Assembly: GCA_963820825.1 (NCBI GenBank)
Contig: CAWGBN010000006.1
Coordinates: 659,670 to 723,669, forward strand
Direction of reading: 5' to 3'
Source of the DNA: Vulcanimicrobiota bacterium
Lineage (GTDB): Bacteria > Vulcanimicrobiota > Vulcanimicrobiia > Vulcanimicrobiales > Vulcanimicrobiaceae
DNA length: 64,000 bases
The stretch's first letter is position 1. Each line of letters begins with the position of its first letter. Below, one piece after another: positions 59,701 to 64,000 of the stretch. Below the pieces are notes generated by a model. The model was not told where the DNA came from. It did not search any database and saw nothing but the letters and a program-made list of their open reading frames with translations. Position numbers and translations under genes: made by a program.

Positions 59701-61608
59701 CCCGAACGGCCGGCAGGTAGACGCGGAACGTCGCGCCCGCGATCCTTGCTCGCTGGTCGACCGTGATCGCGCCGCCGGTCTGACGAATGATGCCGTAGAC
59801 GGTGGACAGGCCCAGCCCGGTGCCGCGGCCGGTTTCCTTGGTCGTGAAGAACGGTTCGAAGATGCGCGCCTGCGTCGCCTGGTCCATGCCGATGCCGTCG
59901 TCGCTGACCGTCGAGCAGCACGAAGTGGCCGGGCGCGAGGCCGGTCTGCGATGGTCTCGGGCGCACCCGGCGCCGAGCACGACGTTGCGCGGTCTGCACG
60001 CTGGATGGTGCCGCCCGACGGCATCGCATCGCGGGCGTTGACGATCAGGTTCAGCAGCACCTGCTCGATCTGCGCCGGATCGGCCAGCACCTGCGAGCAC
60101 GCTGGACGCCGAGCTCGAGCTGCAAGCTGGACGTCGGTGCCGATCAGGCGGCGCGCCATCCGCGACACGCGCGCTGATCGATCTCGTTGAGGTCGAGCGC
60201 CACCGGCTGCAGCACCTGCTTGCGGCTGAAGGCCAGCAGCTGGCGCGTGAGCGACGCGGCGCGATCCGCGGCGTGCAGGATCTCGTCCACCTCGGCCGCC
60301 ATCGCCGGATCCTTCTTGACGCGGTGCGACATCAACTCGGCGTTGCCGCGGATGGCGGTGAGCAGGTTGTTGAAGTCGTGCGCGATGCCGCCGGCCAGGC
60401 GGCCGACCGCTTCCATCTTCTGCGCCTGGCGCAGCTGGTCTTCCAGCTTCACGCGATCGCTGATGTCGATCACGGTCGCCAGCACGGCGCGGCTGGCCGC
60501 CGAACTCGGTGACCGAGCAGAACGCCTCGACCTGGACGACGCTGCCGTCCTTGCTGCTGCCCGCGCACCGTCAGCTGGACGCTCGGCGACCCGGTGCTGC
60601 CGATGCGCGACAGCTGATCGACCACGAGCGATCGATCCTGCTCGTGCACGACCGAGAACGGCCCACGGCATGTCGAGCAGTTCCTGCTGCGTGTAGCCGA
60701 GGATGTCGGCCGCCTTCGGATTGACGTAGACCAGCCGCTCGTTCTGCACGATGTAGACGCCCACCAGCGACTGCTCGACGAGCGCGCGGTACTTGGCCTC
60801 GGCGGCGCGCAGCGCGTCCTCGGCGCGCTTGCGCTCGGTGATGTCGCGCGCCACCGCCTGCATGCCGATGTAGCTTGCCCGTCGGCGTCGAACACCATCC
60901 ACGCGTTCTGCCCGAGCCACACTTCCTCGCCGCTCTTGGTGACCGCCGGGAACTCGACGTACGAGTTCAGCACGCGGCTGGTGGTCTGCTGGTAGTAGTG
61001 CTGCAGGATCGTCGGCCGGTAGTCGGGCCGGATGAACTCGGTGAAGCGGCGGCCGATCACTTCGTCCTTCGGATACCCGAACACGCGCAGCGTCACGGGA
61101 TTGACGAAACGGAAATAGCCCTCGCGGTCGGCCTCGAAGATGATGTCGGCGGCGGCGTCGACGAGGTGGCCGTAGCGATCCTCGGTGGCGCGCAGCGCCG
61201 CCTCGGTGTTCTTGCGCGCGGTGACGTCGCGGTAATAGACGACGATGGCGCCGACCCGCGGCTCGGCGAGGAGGTTGCGGGCCACGCCCTCGGTCCAGCG
61301 CACCGGTGCCGTCCTTGTGCCGGCAGCGGAACGTGCCGCGCACGCGGCGTGCCGGGTCGGTCGAACAGCTCGCGCGACCAGCGCCTGCCACGCGTCGTGA
61401 TCCGCGGGCTCGACGAGGTCGCGGACGCGCAGCGCCGATCAGTTCGTCCGGCGCGTAGCCGAGCACGTCGATCGGTCGACGGGCTCGCCCACTGGATGAC
61501 GCCGTCGGTCGTCACCAGCACGACGGCATCGGCGCTGAAGTTGATGAGCGCCGCCAGTTGTTCGGTAGTCGGGGGCTGGTTCACCGGCGGCCTGCTCGAA
61601 CGTGACAC
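59691..61608 (-). CDS. Multi-PAS sensor histidine kinase (several indels)
   Basis: Three PAS-like segments, [32 protein letters not shown]. Confidence 0.85.
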
Positions 61609-61629
61609 ATCACTCTTATTCTAGTCGGC

Positions 61630-61868
61630 TTACCAGAGCGGCCGGCCTTCATCTCCGGCGATCGCCATTTCCACCTTGCCGAGATCGTCGAGGACGCGCT
61701 CGACTTCGGCCAGCGTCGCGGCCAGCGCCTCGGGCGCGGGCACGCTGCCGCGCTTCACCTCCCACGCCAGGTCGCGCGTCGTTTCGGCGCAGGCCCGGCA
61801 CACCTGCAGCGGTGCGTTCGTGCGCCGTCGATCAGCCGGCGGACTTCTTCCTGCTCGTCGGGGGTCAC
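61630..61868 (-). CDS. Small helical hypothetical protein (indels)
   Basis: MTPDEQEEVRRLID...VCRACAETTRDLAWEVKRG; start overlaps the upstream stop. Confidence 0.45.
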
Positions 61869-62676
61869 CGCGGATGCGCCTTCTTCCAGGCGTCGTACCG
61901 CAGACGCAGGGTCTTCACCGGGTTGGCATTCTCGGCCGGCGCGATGTCGTCGTTGGTCACCGACACGTACATCGCGTACTTGCCGTCGTTCACGCCGGGT
62001 CCGCGCGGCGTCGGTGGCCTCGGCACGAAGGATGTACGCCACCTGCGAGGTCCTGTCGACGCAGCCTCGGCCGCGGCGGCGTGTCGCACGAACAGCGCTT
62101 GTCGCCGCCCTTCGCATCGGCGGCCTCCATCGCCGCCATCACGCGATCGGCGAGAGGGCCAGTGTGCCGACTTCAGCGCCGCCTCCGCGGCCGTCACCAC
62201 CTCGTCGCTCGCCAGGAGGTCGCCCTGGATCGAATAGACGATGCCGGCGCCGCCGACCAGCCCCTGCCGATCCAGTGTCGAGGCCGACGTCTTCGACCCG
62301 GTGAAGCCCGCGGCGCGGCCCTGCAGATCGACGATGCCGAACTGGCGGTGGTCGATTGCCGGTCGCTCTTGAGCAGATCGACGATCTGCTGCGGGTCGGT
62401 GCCCTTGTCGATTTCGACGAAGATGCGGTCCTGGTTGGCACGGGTGCGTCGGTGGCCGCCTGCGCCGCGGCCACGCCCTTGCCCGGCACGACAATCGCCT
62501 GCAGGTCCATCAGGCCCTTCGCGGGAAACAACGCGAAGCTCGATTGCGCGACACAGGCCGCCGACGCAATCACGACCGTGCCGGTGGACTGGTCGACCGC
62601 GACCACGGACCACGCCGCCCAGGCTGGCGAGGACGCCAGCGACGACGAACGCCAGCGCAAGTAACGCGGCGCGCAT
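61865..62676 (-). CDS. DUF1028-like Ntn-hydrolase family protein (several indels)
   Basis: WSVVAVDQSTG, RQFGIVD, YSIQG motifs. Confidence 0.7.
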
Positions 62677-62937
62677 CAGGTGCGATGGGGATCGGGACGC
62701 CATGTCTTGATCGCCGCCTTGATCTCCGCCGGCTTCAGCTTGTCGCGCACCGCTCGATCGAGCAGATGCCCCCAGCTCATCGTCACTGGCAAACCGCAGG
62801 CCACGATCTGCTTCGGAGTGAGCTTCGCCAGCGCCGCGTCCTGCCCGGCCGGCAGGATCTCGGCGCAGCGGACCTTCATCTCCAGCATGATGATGCGGTC
62901 CTGCAGCTTCACCGTGTAGGTCCGGCTGATGCTGCCG
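62676..62937 (-). CDS. 3' part of a DUF6526-like protein (5' missing at junction)
   Basis: KLQDRIIMLEM...EIKAAIKTWRPD. Confidence 0.55.
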
Positions 62938-64000
62938 ACGCCGGCATTCACCAGGAAGTCGGCGTCGTCGGCATTCTCGACGAATTCGGCGACGGTCTCG
63001 AGGCCGAAGGTGTCCGCGAGGCCCATCAGCTTGCGGACGAAGAGCTGGTTGTCGACATTGTGCGAGAGGTTCAGGACGAACGAGCCGTCGATCTTGACCA
63101 TGTCGACGGTCAGAGCCTGCAGGTTCCGGAACGAGGTGAAGCCGGCGCCGAAATCGTCGATCGCCACGCGGCAGCCAAGATCGCGCACCACGTTCACGAA
63201 GCGCGGCCGATTCCTCGATGTCGTGCAGGGCGGCGGTCTCGGTGATCTCGACCATCAGGCGGGGTGCGATCTGCGGCGTGGATTTCACCGCCGAGATGAG
63301 GGCGCGCAGCCAGGATTGATCGGTCGCGGTGAGGCCGGAAATGTTGAGCGCGAGCATGGTGTCCGGCGCGTCGCGCAGTTCGGCCACCGCCATGTCGAGC
63401 ACGTGGCGGTCGATCAGCCGCGTCATGCCGAGCTGTTCGATGATCGGGATGAAGGCACCGGCCGGGACGATGTCGCCGTTGTCGTCGCGCATGCGCAGCA
63501 GGCATTCGTATTTCGCCACCTCGTGGGTCTTCGCCTCGACGATCGGCTGATAGGTGAACAGCAGGCGGTTCTCGCGCATCGCCTGCTGGACCTGGGCGCC
63601 GATATCCATGGCGCGCCGGTGCAGCAGGCCCTGCTGTTCCGGAGGCCTTGATAGGTGTTGAAGCAGCTGCGGCCGGGTTCTTGGCGGATTCAGCGACCGA
63701 TCTCCGCCTTGGCCATCACGTCGAAGGCGGTGTTCATCAGGCCCGGAAACAGCACGCAGCCGATCGAAACGCTGACCGGGATCGACTGGCCGTCGATCTC
63801 CACCGGCTGCTCGCGGCAGGTCTCGAGGATGCGCTCCATCGCATGGATCACCATCTCCTCGCGGCATTGCGCGAGGATCACGCCGAAGCGATCGCCGCCG
63901 AGGCGACCAATCACGTCGCTCGCGCGCAGGAAGCGGTCGAGGCGCTGGCCGATCGCGACCAGCACCGCATCGCCGACCTCGTAGCCATAGGCGTTGTTGA
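62938..64000 (-). CDS. GGDEF-EAL protein (partial, frameshifted, truncated at junction)
   Basis: RLGGDRF, YQPIV, ECLLR, EITE, IDDFGAG, KIDGSF, AEFVE. Confidence 0.85.

Noticed and set aside
55721..64000. Programmed frameshifting or mass pseudogenisation
   Set aside because: Indels are dense and scattered while motifs stay intact, which fits uncorrected long-read error.

Overview
The window has two parts. Bases 1 to ~55.7 kb are a coherent GC-rich genome segment. Its gene style (secreted beta-propeller and HAF lipoproteins, LuxR-ATPase regulator) suggests Vulcanimicrobiota/Eremiobacterota, but this is inference only. This part holds: a hidden selenoprotein (thioredoxin-like UGGC motif plus TPR, with a SECIS-like hairpin) that the ORF track misses; an arsR-arsI-aquaporin-arsC operon; a long accessory stretch (redox enzymes, a three-gene Dyp peroxidase operon, a Cys-free flavoprotein disulfide reductase homolog); a tandem array of decayed, related integrative elements at tRNA-Ala(CGC), with repeated tRNA 3' fragments, 11-bp arm-type repeats, integrase relics, a DUF4160/DUF2442 pair and secreted lipoprotein cargo; then core-like genes (Fur/Zur-type metal ABC operon, purEK, HMG-CoA lyase). 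From ~55.7 kb to the end the sequence looks chimeric and indel-rich, with two mid-gene junctions (~55720 and ~62940), so calls there are of lower quality. All family assignments come from motif recognition, not database searches.
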